The notes under the pieces are model-generated. The model made no database searches and had not been told where the DNA came from. It was given only the letters and a program-made list of their open reading frames with translations. 64,000 nt of DNA from an uncultured Verrucomicrobiae bacterium (GTDB lineage Bacteria > Verrucomicrobiota > Verrucomicrobiia > Limisphaerales > Palsa-1400). Made by a program: the position numbers and the translations under genes. How positions within the stretch are numbered: the stretch's first letter is position 1; the number at the start of each line of letters is the position of its first letter. The DNA lies in NCBI GenBank assembly GCA_963764165.1, contig CAVXRD010000001.1, positions 608,001 through 672,000 on the forward strand, given 5' to 3'. Positions 38,448 through 48,388 of the stretch are shown piece by piece.

Positions 38448-39338
38448 ATGCGAGTGCTGATCATCGGCTGCGGGTATGTGGGGCTGCCTCTGGGAGCGGA
38501 ACTGGTGCGGATGGGCCACCAGGTCGTTGGTGTCACGCTGAGCGGCAAATCGCATGCCACCTTGGCCGGGCACGGCATCGAACCGTTCGCCGCTGACGTG
38601 GCGCAGCCGCACGCTTTTCAGAATCTCGCCCTGCCATTCGATTGGGTGGTCAATACCGTTGCCTCCAATCAGGGCGGCGCGATCGAGTATCGGATGACCT
38701 ATCTTGAAGGCGTTCGCAATCTTCTCCGCTGGCTGGAAGCATCGCCGCCGAAAAAATTTGTCTACACTAGCAGCACGAGTGTCTATGGGCATACGGACGG
38801 CTCGCTTGTCAAAGAAACCAGCCCGACGGAACCGCAAGGCGAATTGGCGGCAATTTTAGTATCGACAGAGAAGCTCCTTCTCGAAGCCGCGCAAACAAAA
38901 AAATTCCCGGCCATCATCCTTCGCGTGGCGGGAATTTACGGGCCGGGGCGCGGGCACCTTTTCCTGCAATATCTCAAAGACGAAGCGCGCATTGCTGGCC
39001 ATGGCGAGCGGCTGATCAACATGATTCATCGCGACGACGTGGTGGCAAGCATCATCGCGGCGTTGAAGAGCGGGCGTCCGGGTGAAGTCTACAACACTTG
39101 CGATGACGAACCAGTGCCGCAAATCCATTTCTTCCGCTGGCTCTCCGAAACGCTTGGCAAGAACATGCCGCCCTTTGTGCATGAAGACGCGGCCGCACCG
39201 CGCAAGCGCACGCCGACGCACAAAAAAGTGAGTAATCGAAAATTGCGGATGGAACTTGGGTGCGCGCTGCGCTATCCGACATTCCGCCAGGGCTACACCG
39301 CTGAGATCAAGCGGATGGAAGATGCGGGCGAGTTGTAA
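38448..39338 (+). CDS. NAD-dependent epimerase/dehydratase family protein (YeeZ-like atypical SDR)
   Basis: IIGCGYVG, YTSSTSVYG, LRVAGIYGPGR, IHRDD, RYPTFRQG. Confidence 0.88.
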   Translation: MRVLIIGCGYVGLPLGAELVRMGHQVVGVTLSGKSHATLAGHGIEPFAADVAQPHAFQNLALPFDWVVNTVASNQGGAIEYRMTYLEGVRNLLRWLEASPPKKFVYTSSTSVYGHTDGSLVKETSPTEPQGELAAILVSTEKLLLEAAQTKKFPAIILRVAGIYGPGRGHLFLQYLKDEARIAGHGERLINMIHRDDVVASIIAALKSGRPGEVYNTCDDEPVPQIHFFRWLSETLGKNMPPFVHEDAAAPRKRTPTHKKVSNRKLRMELGCALRYPTFRQGYTAEIKRMEDAGEL

Positions 39339-39353
39339 TAGTCGCGAAGTGAG

Positions 39354-39449
39354 GTAGGGACGCCTCGCCGAGGCGTCCGAGGTCGTGGCGTTTCTCGAGC
39401 GCGTTGGGACTCGCGAACGTCCCCGGACGCCTCGGCGAGGTGTCCCTAC
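39354..39449. repeat. REP doublet, GTAG family A
   Basis: GTAGGGACGCCTCGCCGAGGCGTCC ... GGACGCCTCGGCGAGGTGTCCCTAC, between convergent genes. Confidence 0.88.
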
Positions 39450-39459
39450 CTTTGAAAGC

Positions 39460-41460
39460 TTAGAAATGTCCGGTGCGCACAATCTCCCTCGCCTGCTCCA
39501 CTAACTTTATGTCCGCCGTCAGATCGCCGAATCGCAATGGCGGCGCGCCGCTCTGCTGGCGACCGAGAAATTCGCCGGGGCCGCGCAGAAGCATATCCGC
39601 TTCCGCGATGCGGAATCCGTCGTTCGTTTCTTCCATCACCTTCAAGCGCCCTCGGGCTTCGTCGGCTTTGCCGTTGGAGATCAGAATGCAAAACGAATCC
39701 CCCGCACCGCGCCCGATGCGCCCGCGCAATTGATGAAGCTGGGCGAGGCCGAATTGTTCGGCGTTTTCGACCACCATGACGGTGGCGTTCGGAACATCCA
39801 GACCCACTTCCACCACAGAAGTCGCCAGCAAAACTTTTATCCGGTTCGCGGCGAAATCGGACATCACGCGCTCCTTTTCGGCGCTGTTCAGACGGCCGTG
39901 CAGCAATCCCACTTGCGCAGGGGCGAACACTTTTTCGAGTTCCTTGAATTCCTTCGCCACTGCCTTCACCCCAGCCGCGGTGTCTTCCTCCTCGAGGCGC
40001 GAGTAAACAATATAGGCCTGGCGTCCTTTCTTCAATTCCGCCGCCACGAACGGCCAGACTTTCGGCAAACTTTCCGGGTCGCGCACAAACGTCTTGATTT
40101 TCCCGCGCCCCGGAGGACTGCGGTCGATGATGGAGATGTCGAGGTCGCCGTAAAGCGTCAAGCCAAGCGTGCGCGGAATTGGCGTGGCCGTCATGACAAG
40201 CAAATGCGGATACGCCCCTTTGCGCACAAGCTGCTCGCGCTGCGAGACGCCGAATTTGTGCTGCTCGTCAATAATGACGAGGCCGAGCTTTTCCGGCGTG
40301 AACGATTCTTCCAGCAACGCGTGCGTGCCGATAAACAGGCGCGGGCCATCCGTCCTGAAAAGCGACGACGACTCCCTCCCACCCGCCCGCACCTCGACGG
40401 GAATGTTCAGCTTTTCAAACCAGCGCCGAAAATTAATCCCATGCTGCTCGGCGAGAATTTGCGTCGGCGCCATCAGCACAACGGACGCGCCGCTTTCGAG
40501 CGCCATCAACGCCGTGCAGGCGGCGACGACCGTTTTCCCGGAACCGACATCACCTTGAAGCAATCGGCGCATCGGCACCGGCACTCCCATATCGCGGCGG
40601 ATGGTTCGCAAAACATTTTTTTGCGCGGGCGTCAGCTCAAAACCGAGCGCTCCCAGAAATGGCTTTATCAGATGGTTATCGCCGGAGCAGACGAGGGAGC
40701 GCGCGTTCTTCTCGAGATTTCGCCGGCGGGTTTGAATGGAAATCTGAAGCTCGACGTACTCGTCCAGCGCAAGGCGACGCCGGGCAATTTCGGCGTCAGA
40801 CATTTCCTCTGGGAAATGGAGCATTCGCACCGCGTGCGAACGCAAAGGCAATGGAACAGCGCCTCCCTTCAGTTCGATTTTCTGGGCAGCCAACCGAAGG
40901 GCCGGACGCGGTTCGGTGATGGCCGATTCGAATTGCTCCAACACCCGCCACACCAAAGCGCGCAGCCAGCGTTGCGGCAGTCCTTCCGTGAGGGGATAAA
41001 TGGGGGCAATGCGATTCAGATGCACGGATGTCTCCATGCGCTGGATGACTTCCGTTTCCGGATGATCGATGGTGCGGGGCCGCAGCGAATTGGGTTTGCC
41101 AAAAACCACCACCTCCTCGCCCACGTTGAAATACTTTTCCATGAACGGAAGGTTCCACCACCGGCAATGCAACCGCCCGGAGCCATCGTCAACTATAAGC
41201 TCAAATACAGAAGATCGCCCTTTGCGAAAGCGATTCAATCCCGCCGCGATGATTTTCCCGCAGATCAGCACGGGCGTGCTGAGTTCAACCTTTGAGATGG
41301 GTTGAAAATTGCGTCGATCCTCGTAGCGGCGGGGTCGGTGCAGCAATAAATCGCCAGTCGTGCGCAATTCAAGGCGCTGCAATTGGCGGGCGCGCTCGCC
41401 CCCCACGCCGGGAATATGTTCGAGCGGCGTCAGCAATGGATCGTGTGCGGCCGCGCTCAC
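39460..41460 (-). CDS. recG: ATP-dependent DNA helicase RecG
   Basis: RLLQGDVGSGKT, DEQHKFG, MTATPIPRTL, QLHQLRGRIGRG, RGPGE. Start GTG 41460 inferred. Confidence 0.96.
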   Translation of the reverse strand: MSAAAHDPLLTPLEHIPGVGGERARQLQRLELRTTGDLLLHRPRRYEDRRNFQPISKVELSTPVLICGKIIAAGLNRFRKGRSSVFELIVDDGSGRLHCRWWNLPFMEKYFNVGEEVVVFGKPNSLRPRTIDHPETEVIQRMETSVHLNRIAPIYPLTEGLPQRWLRALVWRVLEQFESAITEPRPALRLAAQKIELKGGAVPLPLRSHAVRMLHFPEEMSDAEIARRRLALDEYVELQISIQTRRRNLEKNARSLVCSGDNHLIKPFLGALGFELTPAQKNVLRTIRRDMGVPVPMRRLLQGDVGSGKTVVAACTALMALESGASVVLMAPTQILAEQHGINFRRWFEKLNIPVEVRAGGRESSSLFRTDGPRLFIGTHALLEESFTPEKLGLVIIDEQHKFGVSQREQLVRKGAYPHLLVMTATPIPRTLGLTLYGDLDISIIDRSPPGRGKIKTFVRDPESLPKVWPFVAAELKKGRQAYIVYSRLEEEDTAAGVKAVAKEFKELEKVFAPAQVGLLHGRLNSAEKERVMSDFAANRIKVLLATSVVEVGLDVPNATVMVVENAEQFGLAQLHQLRGRIGRGAGDSFCILISNGKADEARGRLKVMEETNDGFRIAEADMLLRGPGEFLGRQQSGAPPLRFGDLTADIKLVEQAREIVRTGHF

Positions 41461-42710
41461 GTTTTGGCCGCGAGCCGCTCGCCGCGAACCCATTTGCCAT
41501 CAATCATCGACGCCGCCACTGCGCCTGTATGATTGACAACCGCGGACCACGCATCCTCCATTTTGCCCTCGTGCGGAAGGGCGATGAGATCGGCGAGGCC
41601 GTGCTCGAAAAGTCCGCCGATTTGCTTTTCGCGCCCCAGCGCGCGCGCCCCGTTTCGTGTGGCCATGCGGACGATGGCTTCGGGCGAGACGTCCGGGTTC
41701 GCTTTTGAAAATGTCCTCATCTCGGCAAACATATTCAATTCCGGCTTGGCCCGGCGAGGCGTCAGAACACTGGCCAAACTATCGGTGCCGAGGCAGACGT
41801 TGACGCCAGCCGCGTGAAGTTTCTGGTAAGGAAACGCCGCGTGGCCAAAATAGAGATGGCTGCGCGGGCAATGAACAACGCTGGAACCCGAATCGCCCAA
41901 TGACACAATATCCGCGTCCTCGAGATAATTCGCGTGGACGGCCAAAAAATTCCTCCCCAGCAGCCTATGACGGCGCGCTTCCTCAACCGGCGTTTTCCCC
42001 CGGCAATCCGACATGTCGCGCTGGCGTTTGAGCCAGTCAAACATAGGCCCGCTTTGCTTGGTGTACATTTCCTGCTCGGCGCTTGATTCGGCCAGGTGCA
42101 TCGCCACCCGCAAATGGCGCTTCTTCGCGAGGGCGGCCGTTTGGCGAAGCAACAGGGGATTTGTCGAGTAAAGGGCATGGGGCGAAAATCCGGCGGAACA
42201 TCTCGGCGATGCGAGGCTTTTTATTTTCCCGGCGGCTTCGCGCAAAATCTCCGCCGGTTTGCGGCCGCTTCGGACGCCCGTCATTTCGAGGAAGGAGAAA
42301 ACCCGCAGCGAAGTTGATGACCACACTTCCGGCAGCAATTCGGGAACAGCTTCGATGTCCGCCACCGTCGTGCAACCGGTGCGTTCGAGCATCTTTGCCC
42401 CGCGCAGCCATGCTTCGGCGTAATCTGAGTAGCTGGCGGCTGCCTTGAGCGCCAGCAAGCCCTTGATCCAATCGGGAAACTGCTTTTGCGGCGGCATCCC
42501 GGTCATATTGGTGTAATCCAGATGGCAGTGGGCGTTCACCAATCCCGGCATCAGCACCATCGCGCCCAAATCCACTGAAGGTCCGCTTGATTGAGCCGTC
42601 AAGTCCCGCCATGCGCCGACCCCCGCGATGCGATTTTGGGAGACGAGAACTGCCCCGTTTTCAATGGGGGGTGAATTGATGGGCAGAACGACTCGCGCGC
42701 GAATCAGCAT
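41457..42710 (-). CDS. Amidohydrolase family protein (deaminase-like)
   Basis: PGLVNAHCHLD, SPHALY, HLAES, HCPRS, LGTDS. Confidence 0.88.
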   Translation of the reverse strand: MLIRARVVLPINSPPIENGAVLVSQNRIAGVGAWRDLTAQSSGPSVDLGAMVLMPGLVNAHCHLDYTNMTGMPPQKQFPDWIKGLLALKAAASYSDYAEAWLRGAKMLERTGCTTVADIEAVPELLPEVWSSTSLRVFSFLEMTGVRSGRKPAEILREAAGKIKSLASPRCSAGFSPHALYSTNPLLLRQTAALAKKRHLRVAMHLAESSAEQEMYTKQSGPMFDWLKRQRDMSDCRGKTPVEEARRHRLLGRNFLAVHANYLEDADIVSLGDSGSSVVHCPRSHLYFGHAAFPYQKLHAAGVNVCLGTDSLASVLTPRRAKPELNMFAEMRTFSKANPDVSPEAIVRMATRNGARALGREKQIGGLFEHGLADLIALPHEGKMEDAWSAVVNHTGAVAASMIDGKWVRGERLAAKT

Positions 42711-42746
42711 GAAGGGGGAAGCGCCTGTCAACCGGTTTCGGGCCGG

Positions 42747-43100
42747 CTAGACTTCAATTCCCTGCCGTCCTTCCTTGCCGCGCGTCCCCAACGCATGCTT
42801 GCGCGCCTTTGTTTTGCTGTGGCGCTTGCGCAACTGCTGTTCGACTTTTTTTGTCACCATATCGATGGCCGCGTACATGTCACTTTTATTGTCCTCGGCA
42901 AAAAGATCCGGTCCCGGCACCGACAGGCGGATGGAGCAGTTAAACTGCCGTTCCGGTTTTTTGAGGTGGTTGTGCTCCAGGATGACTCGCGCGCTCGTGC
43001 AATACTGGTCCAGGTGCTCTAGTTTTTCGAGGCGGGAGAGGATGTGATCTTCAATTGATTTAGTTAGCGTGACATTATGCGTACTAAGAATGAATTTCAT
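42747..43100 (-). CDS. hpf: Ribosome hibernation promoting factor (HPF/RaiA)
   Basis: MKFILSTHNVTLTKSIEDHI..LEKL, DMYAAID..KVEQQLRKRHSK. Confidence 0.88.
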   Translation of the reverse strand: MKFILSTHNVTLTKSIEDHILSRLEKLEHLDQYCTSARVILEHNHLKKPERQFNCSIRLSVPGPDLFAEDNKSDMYAAIDMVTKKVEQQLRKRHSKTKARKHALGTRGKEGRQGIEV

Positions 43101-43196
43101 ACAATTCAACATGCGCCACCTTTTCACCAAAATCCAATTATTTTGAAAATCGCAAATTTCTTTCCCGTGGCGGAGTTCTGGGGTTAAATCCGCAGC

Positions 43197-43970
43197 GTGC
43201 CGAGCAAAGTCATATCCGTGGCCAACCAGAAAGGCGGAGTTGGGAAAACGACGACGTCGATCAACATGTCCGCCTGCATGGCGCAATTGGGAAAACGCGT
43301 TTTGCTGGTGGACATCGATCCGCAAGCCAACGCCACCAGCGGCCTGGGCCTGGAAAAAACCGAGGGCGCGAGCGCTTACCGCCCGCTTCTCGGCGAAGGC
43401 GCTTTGGTTGACAAAATTTGCAAAACGGCTTTCGAGCGCCTGGACCTCATCCCAGGCGAAGTGGACATGTGCGGGGCCGAGGTGGAAATCGCGCGGGCCG
43501 AAAATCATCTGCACCGTTTATCCGCGCTGCTCAAACCCATCGTGGATGGCGGGCAGTATGACTTCATCGTGATTGATTGCGCGCCGTCGCTCGGGATTCT
43601 TACGCTGAACGCTTTCGCCGCTTCGGACTATCTCCTAATCCCTTTGCAGTGCGAATACTACGCGCTGGAAGGCATTTCCATGAGCCACAAGGTGCTGGGC
43701 CAGGTGCAGAGCACCGGGATTAACCCGCGCCTGCAGTTGCTGGGCGTGCTAATGACGATGTTCGATGGGCGGACGCGCCTTTCGGCCCAGGTGCTGGGCG
43801 AGGTTCGCCAGCATTTCCCGGACAAAGTATTTGACACGGTGATTCCGCGCGCCACCCGCCTTGCCGAAGCGCCGAGTTTTGGCAAGCCCATCATTCACTA
43901 CGACAAAAACAGCGCCGCCTCCGCCGCCTACGAAGCTTTCACGGGCGAAGTCCTCAAACGCATCAAGTAA
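43197..43970 (+). CDS. parA: ParA/Soj family ATPase
   Basis: NQKGGVGKTTT, DIDPQANATSGLG, IDCAPS, QCEYYALEG, LAEAPSFG. Confidence 0.92.
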   Translation: MPSKVISVANQKGGVGKTTTSINMSACMAQLGKRVLLVDIDPQANATSGLGLEKTEGASAYRPLLGEGALVDKICKTAFERLDLIPGEVDMCGAEVEIARAENHLHRLSALLKPIVDGGQYDFIVIDCAPSLGILTLNAFAASDYLLIPLQCEYYALEGISMSHKVLGQVQSTGINPRLQLLGVLMTMFDGRTRLSAQVLGEVRQHFPDKVFDTVIPRATRLAEAPSFGKPIIHYDKNSAASAAYEAFTGEVLKRIK

Positions 43971-43974
43971 AGCC

Positions 43975-46407
43975 ATGAAAAAATACCTCTCCATTACATT
44001 TGCAGCAGCCGCCGGAATTGGCTCGCTGAACATCAGCGCCATCGCCCAAGGCGGCGGATGGCCGGACGCAGTCAGCAAAGCGCTGGAAGCAAGCGGCACG
44101 AATCGCCCGGCGATTGAAAAAGTGCTGGGGAAAGCGCCAGCCAGTGAACGCCCGGCGGTCGAGTTCCTCATCGCAAACATGCCAGAGCGCGATTTGCAAA
44201 CGCTGTCGGCGGATTACATTTTGGAAGACGTCCAGTGGGCCTCGGATGCCTTTAACGTGGCACCCTGGCACGGGCAAATTCCGACCGAGATTTTCCTCAA
44301 TGACGTTCTGCCCTACAGTTGCGCAAACGAAACCCGCGATCATTGGCGGCAAAAGCTGCACGATTTGAGCGCGCCGCTGGTAGCCGATTGCAAGACTCCG
44401 GGCGAAGCGGCGCTGCGCATCAACGCGAAACTTTTCCCGATGGTCAACGTCAAGTATTCGACCAAGCGCAAACGGGCGGATCAAAGCGCGCTGGAAACGA
44501 TGGACAGCGGGCTGGCCAGCTGCACGGGGCTATCGATTTTGCTGATTGACGCCTGCCGGTCGGTGGGCGTCCCGGCGCGATTGGTTGGCACGCCGATGTG
44601 GGCGGATAATCGCGGCAATCACACCTGGGTGGAAGTTTGGGACAACGGCTGGCATTTTATCGGCGCGGCCGAACCCGACCCCAAAGGGCTCGATCACGCA
44701 TGGTTCGAACACGACGCGGCGCAAGCAATCAAGAGTTCCTCCGAGCACGCGATTTACGCGGCAAGCTATCAAAAAACCGGCCTGAGTTTTCCGATGGATT
44801 GGGCGCCTGGCGTGAATTGGGTCAGCGCCGAGAACGTCACGGACAATTACACTCCCTCCGGCTCAAAAGAGGCCGAGCCGAACAAAATGCGCTTGCTGGT
44901 GGATGTGCTCGATCAAATCGCGGGCAAGCGTGTGGTGGCGAAGGTCAATGTGACATGCATCACCAACAGCGCCGTTCACTTTGAAGGCATGAGCACCAGC
45001 GAGACCGCGGACAAGAACAACGTCCTTCCCTTCCAGGTTCCGCGCGGAATGACCTATTTAATAACCGCAGAGGCAAATGGCCAAAAGGCGGGGCGCGAAT
45101 TTATTTCAGGCGGCACAAACGCCCAGGCCGTTGTCGTGATCTCGATGAGCGACACGACTCTGTTCCAATATCCGTCACAAATGTGCAAGGCGCCTGCGCC
45201 ACCAGAACTGATCCCTGCCGCCGATGAAACGAAATTGCGCGAGGCATTCTCCGCGTATTTTGCGGCATCACCGGACAAGCAGGCCGCGTGGAAATTTTCG
45301 CGCGGCGAGGAAAAAATGCTGCGCGAGCACGAAGCGCCAGTCCGCCAGATCGCGTGGGAAGCCTACAAATCCGCTCCAATTCATGACGCGGCGAAGAAAG
45401 ATTACGACGCGCACGAGGTTCGTTTCGACAAATACGTCAGCCCTTACACGATCAAGACGGTCGGCGCGCGCCCAGCCGCTGGCTGGCCCCTCTTCATCGC
45501 CATGCACGGTGGCGGCGGCACAGCCAAGGAGGTCAACGACAGCCAGTGGAAAATCATGCAGATTTACTACAAGGATCATCCTGAAGTCGGTGGATATAAA
45601 TATCTCGCCCTGCGCGCGCCGAACGACTCTTGGAATGGTTTTTACGATGATTACGTTTATCCGCTGATTGATAATCTCATCCGCGAATTCACGCTGTTTG
45701 GCGATGTCAATCCCAACAAGGTTTACATCATGGGCTACTCGCATGGCGGTTACGGCGCGTTCGCCATCGGCCCGAAGGAACCCGATTTATTCGCGGCGAT
45801 CCACGCCAGCGCAGGCGCTCCAACCGACGGCGAAACGACAGCCAAAACTCTCCGCAGCACCGTTTTCACTTGCATGGTTGGCGAACTGGATACCGCTTAC
45901 GGGCGCATCGACCGCGACAAGAAATTCCGCGAAACGGTGAGGGAATTGCGCGGAGACCGCACGGACATTTACCCGGTAAACGTGCAAATCATCCCCGGCA
46001 ACGGCCACACCGGCCTCCCCGACCGCGACGAAATTCTCGAGATGTATCCGGCCGTCCGCAGCACCACGCCGCGCGAGGTGACGTGGCTTATGACAGACGG
46101 CGTGATCAAGGACTTTTTCTGGCTCCACGCCGACGCGCCCGCCAAGCAAAAGGAAATCGACGCCACCTGCAACGACAACCACATCGTCGTTACCACCACC
46201 GCCAATGCCGGCCCGGCCAAAGTGTTTCTTGACAGCCGATTGGTCGATTTCCAAAAACCAATCATCCTGGAAGTGAATGGCAAATCGTCGAAGTTAAAAA
46301 TTCAGCCCAGCTTGCGCACGATGTGCCAGCGGCTCATTGAGCGCGGCGATCCTTCGCTCGCCTTCACCGCAGAAGTTCCACTGGCGCAAAGCACCGCTTC
46401 CAAATGA
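43975..46407 (+). CDS. Secreted transglutaminase-like domain plus alpha/beta-hydrolase fusion protein
   Basis: Signal peptide; ASCTGLSILL..NHTWVEVW; MHGGGG, GYSHGGYG, GELD, GHTG. Confidence 0.8.
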   Translation: MKKYLSITFAAAAGIGSLNISAIAQGGGWPDAVSKALEASGTNRPAIEKVLGKAPASERPAVEFLIANMPERDLQTLSADYILEDVQWASDAFNVAPWHGQIPTEIFLNDVLPYSCANETRDHWRQKLHDLSAPLVADCKTPGEAALRINAKLFPMVNVKYSTKRKRADQSALETMDSGLASCTGLSILLIDACRSVGVPARLVGTPMWADNRGNHTWVEVWDNGWHFIGAAEPDPKGLDHAWFEHDAAQAIKSSSEHAIYAASYQKTGLSFPMDWAPGVNWVSAENVTDNYTPSGSKEAEPNKMRLLVDVLDQIAGKRVVAKVNVTCITNSAVHFEGMSTSETADKNNVLPFQVPRGMTYLITAEANGQKAGREFISGGTNAQAVVVISMSDTTLFQYPSQMCKAPAPPELIPAADETKLREAFSAYFAASPDKQAAWKFSRGEEKMLREHEAPVRQIAWEAYKSAPIHDAAKKDYDAHEVRFDKYVSPYTIKTVGARPAAGWPLFIAMHGGGGTAKEVNDSQWKIMQIYYKDHPEVGGYKYLALRAPNDSWNGFYDDYVYPLIDNLIREFTLFGDVNPNKVYIMGYSHGGYGAFAIGPKEPDLFAAIHASAGAPTDGETTAKTLRSTVFTCMVGELDTAYGRIDRDKKFRETVRELRGDRTDIYPVNVQIIPGNGHTGLPDRDEILEMYPAVRSTTPREVTWLMTDGVIKDFFWLHADAPAKQKEIDATCNDNHIVVTTTANAGPAKVFLDSRLVDFQKPIILEVNGKSSKLKIQPSLRTMCQRLIERGDPSLAFTAEVPLAQSTASK

Positions 46408-47300
46408 AAAGCTTAATCCCCTGGTCTCTCGGCTTGGCTCTTCTCACGCTCGGCATAGCGCGGGCGGAGGATTGGAAGTTCCCCGTTCCCAAGAGTGAAA
46501 TTGCCCGTTACACGGCCTATCACATCAGCGAGCCAATCACGATCGATGGCATATTGGACGAGGATGCGTGGAAGAAAGCTCCGCGCTCGAGCAGATTTGT
46601 GGACATTATTTCCGGAAAGCCAGCCTTGCATGACACACGCGCGCAATTGGTTTGGGACGACAAGTATTTGTACGTTGCCTACAAAATCGAGGAGCCGTTC
46701 GTCCACGCCAAATTTACGACGAACAACTCGCCGATTTATTACGACAATGACGCGGAGATGTTCATCGCCGGCCGCGATTCGTATTACGAATTGGAAATGA
46801 ACGCCTACAACACGACCTACGAGGTGTTTTTCATTTGGGACGACGCCTATAAAAATGGATTCGCGCAAGCTCCCGAATTTGCGCGCGCCAACATGGTGCC
46901 GTTCAACGGTGTCGATTATACGAATCACCCGCGCGGCGGGCGGCTCGGAAATTTCAACTGGCATTTCCCCGGCAAGAAAACCGCCGTCCACATTGATGGC
47001 ACTGTCAATAAAGATGACGACCGCGATCGCGGTTGGACCATCGAGCTCGCGTTTCCCTGGGGAGGCATGAAATGGCTGGCGCAGGCGGATGGTCGCGCGC
47101 TGCCGCCGAAGGACGGCGACACTTGGCGGATGGATTTCTCGCGATTCAATACTTACAAGGAAGCGCCACCGGCCAAGGATTCCGGCGGCTGGGTCTGGAC
47201 GCGCCACGGGGTCTGGGATTCGCACATTCCAGAGTGCTTTGCCTACATTAGCTTTTCGACGAATGACGTCAGCGCGGCGAAACCGGCGGAGTCGAAATAG
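46404..47300 (+). CDS. Carbohydrate-binding family 9-like protein, secreted
   Basis: ITIDGILDEDAW, LVWDDKYLYV, WTIELAFPW, WRMDFSR; ATGA overlap with the upstream gene. Confidence 0.85.
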   Translation: MKSLIPWSLGLALLTLGIARAEDWKFPVPKSEIARYTAYHISEPITIDGILDEDAWKKAPRSSRFVDIISGKPALHDTRAQLVWDDKYLYVAYKIEEPFVHAKFTTNNSPIYYDNDAEMFIAGRDSYYELEMNAYNTTYEVFFIWDDAYKNGFAQAPEFARANMVPFNGVDYTNHPRGGRLGNFNWHFPGKKTAVHIDGTVNKDDDRDRGWTIELAFPWGGMKWLAQADGRALPPKDGDTWRMDFSRFNTYKEAPPAKDSGGWVWTRHGVWDSHIPECFAYISFSTNDVSAAKPAESK

Positions 47301-48387
47301 CGGCCAGCGCGGCCCGGACAACTTCCTCCGGGCCGATGCCGCGCAGGCATCGCATATCAATTGGGCACACGGGCAGAAAACAGGGGGCGCATGGAGCGTT
47401 GCCCCGCGCAATTTGGGCCTGTGGCGAAAAGATTGGCCCTGTTAATTCCGGGGAGGTGCTCCCAAAAACCGCCACCATCGGAGCCCCGACGGCAGCCGCG
47501 AGGTGCATGGGCCCCGTGTCATTCGTCAACACGAAATCACAAATTTTCAGGGCGCAGGCCAGTTCTCGAAGGCTCGTCTTTCCGGCCAAATTTACAGGCG
47601 CTTCCGCGCTCCCAGCTCCAATCTCCTTGGCGATGGATTCCGCCAAAGCAAGATCACCCTGTCCGCCAAAAATGACCCAGCGGCATCGCGTTTCTTTCTG
47701 CAGCAGGCGCGCTGCTTCAACAAAACCCTCCGGCGGCCAGCGTTTGGCGGGTCCATATTCCGCTCCGGGGTTCAATCCAAACCACGCACGGGCCGAATCG
47801 CGCTTTAAACTGAATTTATTGCGGACTCCTTCCGCCTCACCTTCGGAAACGTCGATTCGCGGAGCCATTGGTTCCGAGGAGGCGCCCAAAGCGGCAACCA
47901 AGTGGAGGTAATGGTGGACGTGATGCGCCGTCGAGGAAAAAACCGTCCTTTCGCCACCGGACTGAATGCGCTTCTGTATTTCCCCCACGGTGCGTTTCCG
48001 CATTTTGACCGAGCGGGGTCGCGGCGGCACGGTCTCTGTCAAAAGGAAAAAACTGCCCGGACGCTTCACCCCAATGCGCCGCGGAATTCCGGCAAACGAA
48101 AGCTCCGCCGCCGAGCGGATCGAATTTGGGAACGCCAGCGCTGCTGTAAATTGTTTCGCCTTCAGCCGCCGGGCGATTTGAAACGGGCTTTCGCCAGGAA
48201 AGAATGTCAGAACTTCATCAAGCATCCGCTGGCCATGCCAAAGTCCCGCGAGTTTCTCATGCGTCAGAATGGAAATGCGCGCCGCCGGATGAGCCTCGCG
48301 CAAACGAATCAAGGCCGGGATGCTCATGACGGCGTCGCCCAGCCAGTTGACGCCGCGGACGAGGATGTTCTCGGTCGGGGCGCCCAT
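47269..48387 (-). CDS. waaF: Lipopolysaccharide heptosyltransferase II (GT9)
   Basis: NWLGDAVM, NPGAEYGPAKRWP, TNDTGPMHLAAA, VFGSTSP. Confidence 0.9.
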   Translation of the reverse strand: MGAPTENILVRGVNWLGDAVMSIPALIRLREAHPAARISILTHEKLAGLWHGQRMLDEVLTFFPGESPFQIARRLKAKQFTAALAFPNSIRSAAELSFAGIPRRIGVKRPGSFFLLTETVPPRPRSVKMRKRTVGEIQKRIQSGGERTVFSSTAHHVHHYLHLVAALGASSEPMAPRIDVSEGEAEGVRNKFSLKRDSARAWFGLNPGAEYGPAKRWPPEGFVEAARLLQKETRCRWVIFGGQGDLALAESIAKEIGAGSAEAPVNLAGKTSLRELACALKICDFVLTNDTGPMHLAAAVGAPMVAVFGSTSPELTGPIFSPQAQIARGNAPCAPCFLPVCPIDMRCLRGIGPEEVVRAALAAISTPPVSPR

Positions 48388-48388
48388 G

